Source: Escherichia phage dw-ec. Taken from it: 64,000 nt of DNA. The stretch is from sequence record OL739525.1. One strand, given 5' to 3'. The position numbers and the translations under genes are program-made. Positions 62,096 through 64,000 of this stretch are shown piece by piece (position 1 is the stretch's first letter; every line of letters begins with the position of its first letter). Below the pieces are notes generated by a model. The model had not been told where the DNA came from. It searched no databases and was given only the letters and a program-made list of their open reading frames with translations.

Positions 62096-62515
62096 ATGAA
62101 CATTAAATCAAATAATCCAGCTTACTCCTTCGATAACGCTTTTTGTCACGGTAGCGCCGCCAAAGGCTTCGAAATCGATGGTAAATTGGTTATCGTGAAC
62201 GTTGACGGGGAAGAGGTTGCAGTGTATCCGGTAAACGATGTTAAAAGCCGTTTACAATGCCGTATGGATGTTACCGCATATCAGCTTGATCCGATCCGTG
62301 TAGTTGCCCTGGTATTAGAGGAAGAGATCAAAGCAATGCATCACAGTAATAAGTTTATTGGTGACGCGCAGGATAATATGAACGTTTGCCGCCATAAAGT
62401 TAATGAAGCACTGAAAGAATGCGGTTTTAAGGATCTGATGATCAAACGTGATGAAAAATTCCGCTTTCGTAATGACCTGGCAAACCGGATCTACTCAATC
62501 TATGAAGCGTTATAA
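62096..62515 (+). CDS. hypothetical early protein
   Basis: 139 aa ORF, last gene before the non-coding A+C-rich region. Confidence 0.55.
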   Translation: MNIKSNNPAYSFDNAFCHGSAAKGFEIDGKLVIVNVDGEEVAVYPVNDVKSRLQCRMDVTAYQLDPIRVVALVLEEEIKAMHHSNKFIGDAQDNMNVCRHKVNEALKECGFKDLMIKRDEKFRFRNDLANRIYSIYEAL

Positions 62516-62528
62516 TTGACAACAAAAC

Positions 62529-62556
62529 AAGGGCGCACCAAGCGCCCTTTCTTTTT
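62529..62556 (+). terminator. rho-independent terminator
   Basis: GGGCGC-accaa-GCGCCC followed by TTTCTTTTT; identical core to 56622. Confidence 0.7.
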
Positions 62557-63130
62557 GCCCGAACAATGTTGATAGCTTTCGCCTATGAAAAACCGACACA
62601 GAACAAAATTGAATAAATCGCGGTATCGAGCTAATCAACCATTAAACGAATAACCATACCTCCCAGGGTAACAGGCTGTTAGAGAGCCATTTATAGCGGT
62701 TAAAATCGATCAACAACCAACAACAAACCATCAAAAACACCCTTCTACCTCCTTTCTAGTGCAATGATAACCATTATCATCTACCCATGATTATCTATGC
62801 AATATAAGCGCATAATTATAATGTTGATAATAGTTCGCAACAACTAACCAACAAACAACATAAAACAATAAGCAAACTAATCATAATCAAAGGAATAATA
62901 GCAAGATGATTGATAACGACAAACAATCAAACCATGATGAATACTAAGCAAAATAACGATAACACGACAAAACAACCAACTAACGAACAATAACAAACGA
63001 AACCATTAAAATAATAACTATTGCCATAATAGTGACTGAATGAAATCATTACAAAACGAATCATTCACAGGATCATCATTAGCACGCTATGCCGGACACA
63101 TAGCGAGCTAATAATAAGCCAACTACACCC
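62557..63130 (+). other. ORF-free, strongly A+C-skewed non-coding region
   Basis: No ORF of 60 aa or more in any frame from 62516 to the window end; plus strand dominated by A and C with CAA/AAC-type triplet runs. Confidence 0.7.
62765..62779. promoter_or_regulatory. palindrome TGATAA-cca-TTATCA
   Basis: Inverted repeat of Fur-box-like hexamers. Confidence 0.4.
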
Positions 63131-63138
63131 CAACAATC

Positions 63139-63206
63139 ATAACCATCGGTGATGGTTATTTCTTGTTACTGCGTAGCTTGCAATAATTGCAAGCGTAATG
63201 ACGCTT
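63139..63206. repeat. cluster of three distinct palindromes
   Basis: ATAACCATC-ggt-GATGGTTAT (63139..63159), CTTGCAAT-a-ATTGCAAG (63177..63193), AAGCGT-aatg-ACGCTT (63191..63206). Confidence 0.7.
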
Positions 63207-63590
63207 ACACTTATTGCGCTGGCTTATTATTAGCATTATATGTAATTACCAAGATCATAACATTAGCGCAATAACAATAATCATTGTAATGGTTACAATA
63301 TGAAATCATTAGCAGGATGAATAATTGCACGTAGCAACATGAGCGAATAGCGACAGGTTGCATAGTGTGCACATAATAGAATAAAAGTCAATAATTTTGG
63401 GGGCGAAATGTTACCGCCACGGGCGGGAATGTTGAGCACTAAGAAAAGAGATAAACCTTAATCATGGGGGCGTAAATATCCGCAGGATTGCCAACGGCGA
63501 TCCGGTAGGATGTTGAGCATCTTCTCTTAAACGTAAATAAAATCAGAAAATTCTTGATTTATTCTGGTTTTTATGTTAATAAACGTTTAA

Positions 63591-63610
63591 ATAATAATCA
63601 TTCTCATATG
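63591..63610. promoter_or_regulatory. Fur-box-like element
   Basis: ATAATAATCATTCTCATATG; shares ATAATCATTCTCAT core with 50826..50839. Confidence 0.45.
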
Positions 63611-63766
63611 AATAATAGTCCGTCTGTCATGAGCGGCATTAGTTGACATTGTTCCGTCATATGATGAAGTTGCCAAACCATTGATAAATAAGCGTTTGTG
63701 TGATTTATAATCAAGTGGCCCACCTTGTCGCTATGTTGGCATAAGCCTTGCATAAGTCATTGAATA

Positions 63767-63789
63767 CGAATGATAATTATTCTCATTCG
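63767..63789. promoter_or_regulatory. Fur-box-like palindromic element
   Basis: CGAATGA-taattattc-TCATTCG. Confidence 0.45.
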
Positions 63790-63895
63790 CATGATATTTG
63801 GGAATTGTCGCTGCGTGGACCTGACGGCCCGAAAATTCGCGTTAGGTTAAACACCCAAGCAGACGCCGCAATATCAGCACCGACAGGAAACACAA

Positions 63896-64000
63896 AGACA
63901 CCGACAACTTTCTTGTCACATGTGTACTTCGTTCAGTTTCGAATGTTCGGGTGTTTATGCAATCGTAAGCCCTACCGTGACAAGAAAGTTGTCGGTGTCT
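63896..64000. repeat. 24-bp perfect inverted repeat (arms 63896..63919 and 63977..64000) flanking a 57-nt spacer
   Basis: AGACACCGACAACTTTCTTGTCAC and its exact reverse complement; right arm touches the window edge. Confidence 0.8.

Noticed and set aside
51475-62100. Regularly recurring ~60-bp repeats could be taken for a CRISPR array
   Set aside because: Repeats are not identical, spacing varies from about 150 to 600 bp, each contains sigma70-type promoter hexamers, and the intervening sequences are protein-coding with ribosome-binding sites; no cas genes present.
1-64000. Lysogeny module (integrase, repressor, attP)
   Set aside because: No tyrosine/serine recombinase or CI-like repressor motifs recognised; gene content (own DNA polymerase, primase-helicase, RNR, early-gene array) fits a virulent phage.

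Overview
This window reads as a segment of a virulent tailed phage (Caudoviricetes) genome, most likely infecting an enterobacterial host; the host guess rests on E. coli-type sigma70 promoter hexamers and a protein whose last nine residues match the E. coli SSB C-terminal tip. No database search or computation was possible, so every functional call comes from motifs recognised by eye. Layout: (1) 1-8431, plus strand, three large tail fibre/adhesin genes (beta-helix tailspike, collagen-like fibre, RCC1/Big_2/LRR adhesin) each followed by a rho-independent terminator; (2) 8536-43673, minus strand, a long replication and nucleotide-metabolism block with T7-like family A DNA polymerase, gp4-like primase-helicase, SSB-like protein, SF1 helicase, DNA methyltransferase, anaerobic ribonucleotide reductase NrdD/NrdG, four clustered glycosyltransferases and a secreted SleB-like lysin; (3) embedded in that block, a Ter-like gene set (TerD, vWA, TelA-like, TerC) contiguous with a phosphoribosyltransferase / HAD / macro / 2H-phosphoesterase operon, which is the most striking candidate system in the window; (4) 43788-50283, plus strand, an early operon leaving a divergent promoter hub and ending in a NADAR-domain gene; (5) 50284-51640, non-coding AT-rich repeats, Fur-box-like palindromes and a GC-rich island; (6) 51475-62515, plus strand, about 35 small genes driven by about 24 copies of a promoter-plus-leader-stem-loop cassette; (7) 62516-64000, an ORF-free strongly A+C-skewed region with palindromes, further Fur-box-like sites and a 24-bp inverted repeat at the window edge. 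No integrase, repressor, CRISPR array or confidently recognisable tRNA was seen. Start codons were adjusted from the ORF track where a ribosome-binding site supported an internal start; several genes use GTG or TTG.
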